A DNA stretch of 63,923 nucleotides, counting the filler, from an uncultured Methanosarcinales archaeon (GTDB lineage: Archaea; Nanobdellota; Nanobdellia; Woesearchaeales; CAZXZL01): the NCBI GenBank assembly GCA_964645415.1. It is 4 parts of 4 records of this genome, joined end to end, with 100 filler letters (N's around TTAATTAATTAA, not from the genome) between each part and the next. Parts side by side here need not be neighbours in the genome. Positions count along the whole stretch, not along the records: positions 19,870 to 39,364 come from CAZXZL010000015.1; 3 more parts are not named here. The stretch is one strand, 5' to 3'. A program made the translations under genes and the position numbers. Shown here in pieces: positions 20,014-30,621 of the stretch. Below the pieces are notes generated by a model. The model made no database searches, was not told where the DNA came from, and saw nothing but the letters and a program-made list of their open reading frames with translations. Within the stretch, counting starts at the first letter, position 1; each line of letters starts with the position of its first letter.

Positions 20014-21900
20014 ATGCCAAACGTTAAAATAAATAACAAAAAATATGAAATTGAAAAAGGAAGAAATCTATATGAGTTTATGAAAGAAAACATTGGAAAC
20101 TATAAAGACTTTATTGCAACAAAAGTTAATGGAAAACTTAAAGATTTAACTACTACCACTGTTACAGATGAAAAAGATATTGAACTTCTAAAATTTGAAG
20201 ATGTAAAAGAAGTATTTTGGCACTCTTCAGCCCATCTTATGGCTTATGCTATCAAAAGACTTTATCCTAATACAAAGTTAGCTATAGGTCCAGCAATTGA
20301 TAATGGTTTTTATTATGACTTAAAATCAAAAAAGAGATTTAATAAAGATGATTTTAAAGAAATAGAAAAAGAAATGAAAGCTATTGTTAAAAGTAAAGAA
20401 GATTTTAAAAGAAGAGAAGTTAGTTATGATAAAGCAAAAGAGATGTTTGAAAATAATGAATTTAAACTAGAATTAATTAAAGAATATAAAGATGAAAAAC
20501 TATCTATTTATAGTTTAGGTGATTTTGTTGATTTATGTAAAGGTCCTCATGTACCTAATTCTTCATATATAAAAGCATTTAAATTAACTAAAATCTCTGG
20601 TGCATATTGGAAAGGAGATTCAGAGAATGAACAACTTCAAAGAATTTATGGAATTTCATTTCCAACAAAAAAAGAACTGAGAAAATATATTCATCAAAGA
20701 AAAGAAGCAGAAAAGAGAGATCATAGAAAAATAGGAAAAGAATTAAACTTATTCAGTTTTCATGAAGAAGCTCCAGGAATGCCATTCTTCCATGATAAAG
20801 GTAGAATTTTATGGGATAAATTAAAAACATTTATGGTTGAATTAATGGAAGAAAGAGATTATCAAATTAATAAAACCCCTATTATTTTAAATAAAGATTT
20901 ATGGCATAGAAGTGGTCACTGGGACCATTATAAAGAAAACATGTATTTTACAAAAATAGATGATGACGATTATGCAGTAAAACCTATGAATTGTCCAGGA
21001 AATATTCTTGTTTTTAAGAATAATCCACATTCATATAGAGATTTACCAATAAGAGCTGGTGAATTTGGATTAGTTCATCGACATGAACTTTCCGGAGTTT
21101 TATCCGGTTTATTTAGAGTTAGATGTTTTACACAAGATGATGCTCATGTTTTTTGTACTAAAAAGCAAATTAAGGATGAATTAAAAGCTCTTTTAGAACT
21201 AATAGATGTTACTTATTCAACATTCGATTTTGATTATAATATTGAACTTTCAACAAGACCTGAAAAATCTACAGGTAATGATGAGCTTTGGGAATTAGCA
21301 GAAGGAAAATTAAAAGAGTTACTTGATGAAGAAGGTTATGATTATAAGATTAATGAAGGAGATGGTGCATTTTATGGTCCTAAAATAGATTTTCAACTTA
21401 AAGATGCATTAAATAGAAGTTGGCAATGTGGAACAGTTCAATTAGATTTTCAAATGCCTGAAAGATTCGATTTAGAATATAAAGGAAGTGATGGAGAAAA
21501 ACATAGACCAGTTATGATTCATCGGGCAATTTATGGTAGTTTGGAAAGATTCTTAGGTATATTAATAGAACATTATGCAGGAAAATTTCCTGTTTGGCTT
21601 AATCCAACTCAAGTAAAAATTTTACCTATTACTGATAGAAATAATGAGTATTGTGAAGAAATTAAATCAGATTTAGAAAAAGAAGGAATTAGAGTAGAAC
21701 TTAACAACAAATCTGAAACATTAAGTAAGAAAATAAGAAATGCTGAAAAACAAAAAGTAAATTACATTATAGTAGTAGGTGATCGTGAAGAGAAGAATAA
21801 TAAAATTAATGTAAGACATAGAGATTCTGGAGATCAAGAATCAATGGAATTAAGTGAATTTAAGAAAATGATTAAATCTGAAATAAAAAATAAAAAGTAG
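20014..21900 (+). CDS. thrS: Threonine--tRNA ligase (bacterial-type architecture)
   Basis: TGS domain, HSSAH and DLCKGPH editing motifs, KPMNCP, RHELSG, FTQDDAH, EGDGAFYGPKID. Confidence 0.98.
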   Translation: MPNVKINNKKYEIEKGRNLYEFMKENIGNYKDFIATKVNGKLKDLTTTTVTDEKDIELLKFEDVKEVFWHSSAHLMAYAIKRLYPNTKLAIGPAIDNGFYYDLKSKKRFNKDDFKEIEKEMKAIVKSKEDFKRREVSYDKAKEMFENNEFKLELIKEYKDEKLSIYSLGDFVDLCKGPHVPNSSYIKAFKLTKISGAYWKGDSENEQLQRIYGISFPTKKELRKYIHQRKEAEKRDHRKIGKELNLFSFHEEAPGMPFFHDKGRILWDKLKTFMVELMEERDYQINKTPIILNKDLWHRSGHWDHYKENMYFTKIDDDDYAVKPMNCPGNILVFKNNPHSYRDLPIRAGEFGLVHRHELSGVLSGLFRVRCFTQDDAHVFCTKKQIKDELKALLELIDVTYSTFDFDYNIELSTRPEKSTGNDELWELAEGKLKELLDEEGYDYKINEGDGAFYGPKIDFQLKDALNRSWQCGTVQLDFQMPERFDLEYKGSDGEKHRPVMIHRAIYGSLERFLGILIEHYAGKFPVWLNPTQVKILPITDRNNEYCEEIKSDLEKEGIRVELNNKSETLSKKIRNAEKQKVNYIIVVGDREEKNNKINVRHRDSGDQESMELSEFKKMIKSEIKNKK

Positions 21901-21930
21901 ATTTATTCCTTTTTTAAAAAGAGGTAGACT

Positions 21931-22764
21931 ATGGAATATGAAAAATTTAAATCAAACTTGAAAAAAAGAGCTTTAGAAAATGCTAAGGATAGAAAGAAAA
22001 TTAATAAGATTTTTTCAGAAGAAGTTGATTTTTTAAAAAATCTTTATGAACATTCATCGAAATATAATAAATTACTTACTAATATGAATATAGTAAGTAA
22101 AATAGGAAATTATAATGATAAAAATTCCGAACTTGAAGGAATTATTGCTTTAAATGGAGCTTCTGGAGTAGGTCAGTCCTATGTTATGAAATTTATTAGA
22201 GATGAATTAGATTCTAATAACATTGATTTTGAAAGAATTTATCTTTTAGGAATGAGAGATAAAAGGGAAGGTGAAGGTCATAAAGATCCATATATCTTTG
22301 TTGACAAAATAAAAAATAGTTTTAAATGTAGAGATACTAATAAAGTATATCATCCTAAAGATATCTATTATGAATATGAATCAAGACCTAATGCTTCTAA
22401 TGTTATCCTAAAAAAAGATATAAAAAAAGCTGATAACAAATTAATGTATCTTGAAACAGTAATTCCAACATTATTAAAAATGAAATATGAATCATTAAGT
22501 GGATTTTCTCCTTTAGAAGATAAGTTAAACGTAGTTTATTTGACAGCAGAGTCTGGAGAAGAGTGGCTAACAAGACTTGCTGCAAGAGAGCCAGATAAAT
22601 TAAATAATAACGATTATAAAAATAAATTAATCGGTAGGATAAAATCTTCTTTAAATGATATGGAAATTGTTTCTGAAAAGAATATTCCAAGTGTAGTAAA
22701 TGAATATAAGAAAGGAAGAGAAACAGCAAAAAAAGCATTAACCGCTTGGGGAATCTATAAGTAA
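21931..22764 (+). CDS. Guanylate kinase-like P-loop protein with degenerate Walker A
   Basis: IALNGASGVGQS, RDKREGE (cf. Gmk R.PR.GE), Y.FV, VVYLTA..RL..R lid. Confidence 0.55.
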   Translation: MEYEKFKSNLKKRALENAKDRKKINKIFSEEVDFLKNLYEHSSKYNKLLTNMNIVSKIGNYNDKNSELEGIIALNGASGVGQSYVMKFIRDELDSNNIDFERIYLLGMRDKREGEGHKDPYIFVDKIKNSFKCRDTNKVYHPKDIYYEYESRPNASNVILKKDIKKADNKLMYLETVIPTLLKMKYESLSGFSPLEDKLNVVYLTAESGEEWLTRLAAREPDKLNNNDYKNKLIGRIKSSLNDMEIVSEKNIPSVVNEYKKGRETAKKALTAWGIYK

Positions 22765-22849
22765 TAATTACTTATAGTTATTTTTTCTTTTTTTCTAATT
22801 TAACATAACAGATAAGTATTTTTTTGAATAAAAAAGATAAGAATAGTAA

Positions 22850-23470
22850 TTAATGTCTATTCTTATTACTTTCCATAGCAGTATATATTGGTCTAACACT
22901 CTTACTTTTTTTATCTATTGATTTAATACTATCATTAATTTTGTAACTAATATCTTCTGAATCAACTTTTAAACCAATTCCAATCTCTTCATTTTTTTTA
23001 ATTGCTATAATTCCTTCAATAAAATTTTCTTTGATTTTTTTGTTAATATTAGATCTTTTATTATATTGATTAATTTCATCAATTTTATTCTCTGCAACTT
23101 TATACAATTCAGGGCTTCCACCAATATCAGTATATAATTTTGCAGCTTTTTTGGCTTCCTTAAAATAATTATGTTCATCAAGAAAAGAACTTTTATTGGA
23201 AAATTCTTCAATAATATTTTCAAATGGAGAAATAATCTCTTCTAATGTACTTTCATTTGATTTATTATAAAAATTTAAAGTTTTATTTTTAAATTCATTT
23301 TTAATTTTTGAATAAATATTTTTTAATTCAGATTTATCTTCAGTTACATTATCTATTTTAATTAGATAATTTAAACTATCTTTATATAAATCCATAGCTT
23401 CAGATGTCTTTAGATACTCTTTCATTGTGTCCAATACATCTCTTTTTGATACCATAAAACAAAATCTCAA
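22850..23470 (-). CDS. Hypothetical helical protein
   Basis: 206-aa ORF, no recognised motif. Confidence 0.6.
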   Translation of the reverse strand: MRFCFMVSKRDVLDTMKEYLKTSEAMDLYKDSLNYLIKIDNVTEDKSELKNIYSKIKNEFKNKTLNFYNKSNESTLEEIISPFENIIEEFSNKSSFLDEHNYFKEAKKAAKLYTDIGGSPELYKVAENKIDEINQYNKRSNINKKIKENFIEGIIAIKKNEEIGIGLKVDSEDISYKINDSIKSIDKKSKSVRPIYTAMESNKNRH

Positions 23471-23587
23471 TCATATATATAAACTTTTTTATTCTTGTTG
23501 TTACTGTACAGAGTAAAAAATACCTTTTTAAAGAAATTTAAAGATCTATTTAGGTTCATTTATAAACTATTAATTTAATAATATTAC

Positions 23588-23791
23588 ATGGATTTAAATA
23601 AATTTTTAAAGAAGATAGACGTAATTGATATGAGTTTAATTAAGTTTAGTGTATTATTTTTTACTTTATGGATTGTTAGTTTATTTCCTGATTTTGGGGA
23701 ATGGATTATTTCAATTGATCATTGGTATTTTTTAATAGTTTTTTTAGTAATATCAATAAGACCAATTTATAGAGTGTATTTAAAAAAATAA
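23588..23791 (+). CDS. Small two-TM membrane protein
   Basis: 67 aa, two hydrophobic segments, DMSLIKFS and HWYFL..RP pattern. Confidence 0.65.
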   Translation: MDLNKFLKKIDVIDMSLIKFSVLFFTLWIVSLFPDFGEWIISIDHWYFLIVFLVISIRPIYRVYLKK

Positions 23792-23846
23792 AATAAGATA
23801 AACTAATATTAATTAGATTATAATAATAAATAAGAATTTATACAAG

Positions 23847-24773
23847 TTATTTAAAACTTAATAGATTAGATATTTTTTCACTAAATAGTCCAACTATTGT
23901 AAATAAAATAAATAATATTAATTCAATTTGACATTTAAAATCACTTAGTGTACATACCATGCAACTCTCACTTCTAAAAAAACAATGAAAAATAAATATC
24001 CCAATTAATCCAATTATTGAAAATATCTTTAAAATTAGACTTAATTTAAAATCATTAAAATTTAATATCGATAAAAATAAAGAAATAATCACATAAATAA
24101 AAATAACTACATTTAACCAAAATAAATTTACTTTTGAAATTTGATTTAAGTTTAATGAAGAAAATCCTTGGTAAAGAAAGTAATAAGATAATAGTAATAA
24201 TATATAATTAGAAAATGTTTTTATTTTTCTATAATGCTTTTGATATTTATCTACAATTAAATTTAACGAATTGAAAAAGAAAGCTAATATTAATATTGGT
24301 AAAATCAAACCAATTGAAAAAATAAGACCATTAAGTAAGGCTCCTATTATATTTGTATCAAATGAAAAACCTAATGATCCAACTAAAAATCCAAAACTAC
24401 ATGAGGTTAATGTAAAACCAAAAAAAAAGCCATATAAAAACAAATTATTTTTTCTTTTTGTTGATTTTGAGATAATATTTTTATCTTTAAATTGAGACAT
24501 ATAAAATATAAAAAATAGTAAAACTCCTGCAATAATTGTCATTAAACTTTGAAAAAATACAATATAATTTCTAAGAAAACTACTGAAAATGTTTATAATG
24601 CTAAAAATAAAAAATTGTGATAACATTAATCCAAAAGAAAATAAAAATAGTCCTTTTCTTGAATCTTTTTTTTCCTCATAAATATACTTTAAAAGAATTG
24701 GAAAGATCATAAAGATACAACCACTTAAACCAGCAAGAATTCCATTGAAAAAGACAATCATGAAATTAATCAT
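23847..24773 (-). CDS. CcdA/DsbD transmembrane electron transporter with C-terminal extension
   Basis: GILAGLSGCIFMIFP and GFTLTSCSFG Cys pair; overlaps a thioredoxin gene. Confidence 0.75.
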   Translation of the reverse strand: MINFMIVFFNGILAGLSGCIFMIFPILLKYIYEEKKDSRKGLFLFSFGLMLSQFFIFSIINIFSSFLRNYIVFFQSLMTIIAGVLLFFIFYMSQFKDKNIISKSTKRKNNLFLYGFFFGFTLTSCSFGFLVGSLGFSFDTNIIGALLNGLIFSIGLILPILILAFFFNSLNLIVDKYQKHYRKIKTFSNYILLLLSYYFLYQGFSSLNLNQISKVNLFWLNVVIFIYVIISLFLSILNFNDFKLSLILKIFSIIGLIGIFIFHCFFRSESCMVCTLSDFKCQIELILFILFTIVGLFSEKISNLLSFK

Positions 24774-25252
24774 TCACATTCACCATTATCTATTAAAATA
24801 TTACAATAATCCATGCTAGTAGTTTCATTTTCACTAATATATCCATTAACACTTTTATTCATTTTTAATTGATTTATGGACTCATTTAATGACTCTAAAT
24901 TCATTTCTCCTGTATAATCATAATAAGTATCATTAAAATTAAGAATAATACTTGGTACACTACTAATATCAAATTTTTCAACTTTATTATGATTATTTAA
25001 AACATTTATAGAAACAATATTATAATAATTTGATAAATCTATTATAAAAGGTAATTCTTCAACACAGTAAGGACAATTTGGTTGATAGAAAACAATTATA
25101 CTTTCATTATAATAATTAATATCACTTGTAAATTTTTCATAACGATGTATATTTCTTTGATAACCATAAAAACTTACAACTATAGCTATAATAATGAATA
25201 TTATAATTAAAAAATTATTTTCATTCTTATCTTTATTAATTTTTAAGTCCAT
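24770..25252 (-). CDS. Membrane-anchored thioredoxin-fold protein
   Basis: N-terminal TM, FYQPNCPYC, ISSVPS cis-Pro motif. Confidence 0.85.
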   Translation of the reverse strand: MDLKINKDKNENNFLIIIFIIIAIVVSFYGYQRNIHRYEKFTSDINYYNESIIVFYQPNCPYCVEELPFIIDLSNYYNIVSINVLNNHNKVEKFDISSVPSIILNFNDTYYDYTGEMNLESLNESINQLKMNKSVNGYISENETTSMDYCNILIDNGECE

Positions 25253-25364
25253 AATATATTTTTATTTATAAGTTAATTTAAAACTTATGAATATGTGAAG
25301 ATATAAAAGTTATAATTCACATTTAAAGAGAAAAGTATTAAAATAAGGAGATTTATAATAAAAT

Positions 25365-26204
25365 ATGGGGTTAATAGTATATTCTGATTATATACTTTTT
25401 GTAATTACATTACTTGTATTAATACTTGCAAGTATGATGGATTTTAAAAAAAGAGAAGTATATGATTTTTTTAGTGGTTCTTTAATATTATTAGGTTTAA
25501 TGATTAGAATATATACTTCAATTCTTGAATTAAATTTTAGATATACATACATACCTTTACTTTATTTTATTGTTGTATTTATTATTACATATATTCTTTA
25601 TAGATTTGGACAATGGGGAGGAGGCGATAGTAAAATACTATTAGGATTTACAATTTCATCTTCTTATTTACCAACTTTATTTTCTCATTTTAATTTTATG
25701 ATATCATTTTCTCCTTTTATACAGTTTATTTTATTAACTTTGATTATTGGTATGATCTATACTGTTATTTGGATGTTAGGTGTTTTTATATTAAATATTA
25801 AAGAGGGATTAAAATTATTTTATCAGGAAATAAAGAAAGAATACAATATCTTTTTTATTACTTTATTAATAGTATTTTTATTTTTTATAGAAAATAATCT
25901 ATTTTTATATTATTATATTATTTTAGTCTCACTTTTTTTATTGATAAATGTTGGTTTAGTTGTTGAAAGTAACTTTATGAATAAGTTAATAAAATCTAAA
26001 TATTTAAGAGAAGGAGATTGGATTATGGAAACTATAAAAGATGATAAACAAATAATTTATAAACCTAAAAAGAGTGGTATAGATTTAGAGAGTATAAATA
26101 AAATTAAAGATTATAATCCTAATTTATTAGTGAAAATTAAATTAGGAGTTCCTTTTGTCCCAGTGTTTTTACTCTCATATTTATTTATGATTTTTGTGAT
26201 GTAA
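25365..26204 (+). CDS. A24 prepilin/prearchaellin peptidase
   Basis: SMMDFKKREV, WGGGDSK and C-terminal GVPFVP. Confidence 0.9.
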   Translation: MGLIVYSDYILFVITLLVLILASMMDFKKREVYDFFSGSLILLGLMIRIYTSILELNFRYTYIPLLYFIVVFIITYILYRFGQWGGGDSKILLGFTISSSYLPTLFSHFNFMISFSPFIQFILLTLIIGMIYTVIWMLGVFILNIKEGLKLFYQEIKKEYNIFFITLLIVFLFFIENNLFLYYYIILVSLFLLINVGLVVESNFMNKLIKSKYLREGDWIMETIKDDKQIIYKPKKSGIDLESINKIKDYNPNLLVKIKLGVPFVPVFLLSYLFMIFVM

Positions 26205-26205
26205 A

Positions 26206-26562
26206 ATGCCTAAAGAAAAAGAAAAAGAACCAATTATTCATATTATTGTATTTATGTCTATAGCATCAATTGTAATTATTTTAATATATTCAGCATTAAA
26301 TCAGATGTTTAAAACAAGTTTTATTGTTACAATTTCACTTTTAATATTTATAATCTATTTAGCTTTTTTAATAAACAAAAAATTAATTTTAACTCCAACT
26401 GACAAAGCTAAAAATATTTTTAGTATGAATAGATTATCCTCACATCATTATGATGATCAGGTTGCTCATTTAAAGAAATTAGTTGATAATAGAAATGAGT
26501 ATCAATCAAATGTTGAGGATGAAATTAAAAGAGAGGGATTTGTAAATGAAAATAATAGATGA
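26206..26562 (+). CDS. Hypothetical two-TM protein
   Basis: 118 aa, tightly packed in the peptidase operon. Confidence 0.6.
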   Translation: MPKEKEKEPIIHIIVFMSIASIVIILIYSALNQMFKTSFIVTISLLIFIIYLAFLINKKLILTPTDKAKNIFSMNRLSSHHYDDQVAHLKKLVDNRNEYQSNVEDEIKREGFVNENNR

Positions 26563-27004
26563 ACTTAATTATTTATTAGAAGAATTAGATTCAAACTTTT
26601 TGGAAGAACACAAACTATCTTTTGTTTTTAAGATGTCAGGAAAAGATGAGTTTCATTTTGGCTTTTATAATGAGGAAAATGAAACTGTTACTGATTTTGG
26701 TATCTTTGATGGTGAAATAATCTCACGAGAAGAGGAAGAATCAAGAAGTAAAAGCAGTGAAATTAATGAAATTGATAAAGAATCAATTAAGAATTTTGAA
26801 AAATTACAAAAGAAAATTAATAAAAAAACAACGAAGTTAGACTTGATGAAAAAAATTTATTATCTTTCAAATAATGAAGAGCCTATCTGGAAAGTTACTT
26901 TTATAGATAATACTTTTAGTACAAAACATATTGAGTTTGATGCTAAAACTCTTGAAGCTAAATCAGAAGGTGTAAGTTCTTTAATTATGAGTGATAGTAA
27001 TTAA
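26546..27004 (+). CDS. Hypothetical protein (possible PepSY-like C-terminus)
   Basis: 152 aa; PIWKVTF...IEFDAKT pattern. Confidence 0.55.
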   Translation: MKIIDELNYLLEELDSNFLEEHKLSFVFKMSGKDEFHFGFYNEENETVTDFGIFDGEIISREEEESRSKSSEINEIDKESIKNFEKLQKKINKKTTKLDLMKKIYYLSNNEEPIWKVTFIDNTFSTKHIEFDAKTLEAKSEGVSSLIMSDSN

Positions 27005-27269
27005 CTCTCACTTTAAGTTTTTAATTTTATATATTAAAAGCTTATATTTTTTTATTATTTTAATTATAGTTTATTGTATTTTTATGTTACTATAATATAT
27101 CTTTTAAAATATATCTGATTTTTTATTATTCTTTTATTATAGTTTATAGATTAAATATTTTACAAAATAACTATTATTAAATATCTTTTTTATTATGTTT
27201 TTATAAAAATATATTTTAAAAAACATATTTAATAGAACAACTAAAAGTTTTTATCAATAATTAAAACAT

Positions 27270-27752
27270 TTATTTATTCTTTTTTTGTTTAGTTTTTCTG
27301 ATTTTTTCGTTTTTAATCTCACTTTGAAGTTCTTTAATTATCTTTTTAGTTTTTGAAAGGAAGTTATTTACTTTATATTCTGTTTTTTCAAAAGCTTCTT
27401 TTAGAGTATTTCCATTAATTCTATATCCTGTCTTTCTTTTTCCATCGACAACAACATTCTCTTTTACAATAATATCTAAATTCAACCACCTAGGTAAATA
27501 ATCATACATTGTTTGTCTAGAAATATCAGCATAAAATGCCATTTCATCGACAGACATTATTGCTTGATGAGCTCTTTTATTTCTGTTTGCCTTTTTTTTT
27601 CTTTCATAAAGTTCAAGTAATACTTTATGCATTTTTTTTGTACTATTTTTCTTTTTAGGTCCTAAGCCTAATCTTTCTATAATTACTTTTGCAATTTCTT
27701 CAGAAGAACCATTTATAGGTAAATCTTTTTCTTTAAAATTATAACTTCCCAT
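27270..27752 (-). CDS. Winged-helix DNA-binding protein
   Basis: SVDEMAFYADISRQTMYDYLPRW HTH, wing, C-terminal helix. Confidence 0.7.
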   Translation of the reverse strand: MGSYNFKEKDLPINGSSEEIAKVIIERLGLGPKKKNSTKKMHKVLLELYERKKKANRNKRAHQAIMSVDEMAFYADISRQTMYDYLPRWLNLDIIVKENVVVDGKRKTGYRINGNTLKEAFEKTEYKVNNFLSKTKKIIKELQSEIKNEKIRKTKQKKNK

Positions 27753-28051
27753 TTTCTATTATTTATCCTCACTTTTATATTAAATAATTTTTGTTAAAAT
27801 AAATTATATGATCTTGATTAAAATTGAAATAATTTTTTGTAATAAGCTATTTTTTGAAAACAATAAAGATATAATTTAAAATTAATAGAATACATAAATA
27901 AAAACTAATCATTGATTAAAACTTTTTATCATTCTTTAAAATATCACTATTGATAGATTTAATAAAAATTATAATAATAAAGTATTTTAACTTCAAGTTA
28001 TATTTCAGGAAATAAACCTATTTTATCGATTTTTTATTAAAAATGTTAAGG

Positions 28052-28180
28052 TGTCGATAAAATATCATAATTTCACTATTTTTGTTAAAACTGCCCGACT
28101 TTGCATACATCTTCATCAATTACCCCAACTTCATGAACAAACATACCTTAATGTAGTTTGTCGATAAAATATCATAATTT
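28052..28180. repeat. 22-bp perfect direct repeat tgtcgataaaatatcataattt (x2)
   Basis: Copies at 28052-28073 and 28159-28180, between divergent wHTH genes. Confidence 0.85.
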
Positions 28181-28321
28181 ATTGTATAATATAGACTATG
28201 TCGGCATAATACTATAATATCTTTGTTTACTCATAAATTGATTTCAATTACTTTTTCAAGTTATCGAAAAAATATTTCGAAAACTTTTTAATATACAAAA
28301 ATGTATATTAAATGAATGTAA

Positions 28322-28666
28322 ATGAAAAGAAAAAAATTATCAAAAATTTTGGATAATTTAGGGATCACAAAAAGTAAAAATATTAATGGAGATAAAGTTA
28401 TAACAATTTTAGAAGTATTAAGTGAGAATAAGAAATATTATGATGCAAAAACACTCTCAGAAAAAAGTAAAATTGATTATAAGTCTATATATATATATCT
28501 AAAAGAACTAAATAAATTAAATTTTATTAATATTGATGAGAAGTATTTTGGAAATAGAAAGAAATATGTTTATTCATTATCTAAAAGGACTATAAATGCT
28601 TGTATTAAAGAGTATATTGATAATAAAATTAATTATTTAAAAAAAATTAAAAGTAAAATAAGATAA
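28322..28666 (+). CDS. Winged-helix DNA-binding protein
   Basis: DAKTLSEKSKIDYKSIYIYLKELNKLNFI..RKKYVYSL. Confidence 0.75.
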   Translation: MKRKKLSKILDNLGITKSKNINGDKVITILEVLSENKKYYDAKTLSEKSKIDYKSIYIYLKELNKLNFINIDEKYFGNRKKYVYSLSKRTINACIKEYIDNKINYLKKIKSKIR

Positions 28667-28896
28667 AATAAATATTTTTATCATTGATTAAAACTTTTTG
28701 TTTTAAATATAATTGTTTTTGATTAAAACTTTTTGTTACATAATAAAATATATTATCTTAAATAAGTATTAAAGTAATTATTTATAATAGTATCTAATAT
28801 AAAATATTTAATCTAATATATCTGTTTTAAAATATCTTTCTTATAAAACATGTTTTTAATTTTAATAGTATTTTTTAAATAATATTAAGTATTTCT

Positions 28897-29964
28897 ATGA
28901 ATGATATCATGGTAAATAAAATTAATCTTAAGTTGAAAGAGTTTATAGAAAAAATAAAAGCTTCTGAAAATCCTATAATCATCTTTGATGATGATGCAGA
29001 TGGTGTTTCATCATTTTTATTACTATCAAAAATATTTGATCACTTAAACAAAGATTATAAATTTAGGATAGTTAAATCAAAACCATTACTTAATTCAAAA
29101 TATACTCATTATTTATACGGGCACGATATGGCTTTTGTATTAGATAAACCTGGTTTCAAAAAAGACTTTATTGATAATGTTGATATTCCTATTGTCTGGA
29201 TTGATCATCATGAACCTTTTGAAGTGCCTAATAATATGTTTTATTTTAATCCAAGATGTTATGATGATTCTGATAATCGAGCTACAACTTATTGGATTCA
29301 TAGAACAATGAAAATTTATGATGATATTAATGATACAAATCTTTATGATGAATATAAATGGATTGCATCAATTGGTATAATTGGTGACTGGTTTATCCCA
29401 GATTTTCTTGATGAACTTAAAGAAAGATATAGTGGTTACTATGAAGGAAATGATCAACTGAGTCTTTTATTTGATAGTAAAATAGGTAAAGTTATACAAA
29501 AAGTTTCATTTATGTTAAAAGGAAGAACTTCTGTTATTAAAAGAAGGTTAGATAAACTCTTAGAGTTTGAATCGTTAAAAGAATTAGATGAAAGTGAGAG
29601 TTTTAGTGAAATTAATGAAAAAATTGATGAATTTGAAGAACTTCTGAAATTAGCTAAAAAAAGATTTGATAATCAAAAAGGAAAGGTTAAGTATTTTATT
29701 TATGAAAGAAAAGAGAGCTATACTAGTTATCTTTCAAATAACTTAATGTATTTTTATCCAGATAGTGTTATTTTTGTATGTAGAAATACAAAAGGAGATT
29801 TAAAATGTAGTGTTCGCTCTAATGAATACTCACTTCCAGAAAGATTAGATGATGCTATGCAAAATATTGATGGTACTTCTGGAGGACATGAACATGCATG
29901 TGGTATGTTTATTTCAAAAGATGATTTTCCAGTTTTTTTAAATCGTTTTGAAACGAGTTTATAA
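28897..29964 (+). CDS. DHH/DHHA1 phosphoesterase (RecJ/NrnA-like)
   Basis: DDDADG, VLD, WIDHH, SVRS and GGHEHACG motifs. Confidence 0.92.
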   Translation: MNDIMVNKINLKLKEFIEKIKASENPIIIFDDDADGVSSFLLLSKIFDHLNKDYKFRIVKSKPLLNSKYTHYLYGHDMAFVLDKPGFKKDFIDNVDIPIVWIDHHEPFEVPNNMFYFNPRCYDDSDNRATTYWIHRTMKIYDDINDTNLYDEYKWIASIGIIGDWFIPDFLDELKERYSGYYEGNDQLSLLFDSKIGKVIQKVSFMLKGRTSVIKRRLDKLLEFESLKELDESESFSEINEKIDEFEELLKLAKKRFDNQKGKVKYFIYERKESYTSYLSNNLMYFYPDSVIFVCRNTKGDLKCSVRSNEYSLPERLDDAMQNIDGTSGGHEHACGMFISKDDFPVFLNRFETSL

Positions 29965-30553
29965 ATTCAAAATCATTAATATTTACTCTTTGATTTAAAG
30001 ATTTAGAAAATGTTGCTAATATAAATCTAAATCCAAATTTTTTTGATAGAGATATATTTTGGTTAATTCTTCCAAATAATTTATCATTCTTTTTATTATA
30101 GAGATTTTTCATATTAACTACATATATCCTATTCCAAACTTCTTTAGATAAATATTCGTTTAATCCAGACTTTCTAAAAGACATATAATCTCCTCTTTGT
30201 GAGAGTTCAATATTTGTAAAAAACTTAATATCATTTTTTGTAAGATATTTTCTTATAATAGATTGTTTTTTTCTTTCAAGGTTAATCATTTTTTCATAAC
30301 GTTTTAATTGATGATTAAATATTTTAATCAGTTTATTTTTAATAGAAAATGTTGGTTTATAATTTGAAGGATTACATTTTAATAAAAACTTAAATTTCTT
30401 TTTAGGATGTTCTTTTTTTATTTCTTCTAAAGTTTTAATACTTGTTTTAGGATTAATCAAGATCCAATCTGAATCCTTTTCAAATGCATTAGGATATACA
30501 ATATCTTCTTTTAGCCAATTTTTACTCCAAATTTTTTTCATATTAATTAACAT
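29909..30553 (-). CDS. Probable RNase P protein Rpp30
   Basis: RKSGLN.YL, GRINQNISLSKKFGFRFILAT resemble archaeal Rpp30 C-terminal motifs; divergent. Confidence 0.55.
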   Translation of the reverse strand: MLINMKKIWSKNWLKEDIVYPNAFEKDSDWILINPKTSIKTLEEIKKEHPKKKFKFLLKCNPSNYKPTFSIKNKLIKIFNHQLKRYEKMINLERKKQSIIRKYLTKNDIKFFTNIELSQRGDYMSFRKSGLNEYLSKEVWNRIYVVNMKNLYNKKNDKLFGRINQNISLSKKFGFRFILATFSKSLNQRVNINDFEFINSFQNDLKKLENHLLK

Positions 30554-30621
30554 TCTATATTGTTTATAAACTTTATCTAAATAAAGTAAAAATTATTAAA
30601 GAATTATTCTTTTCTTCAAAT

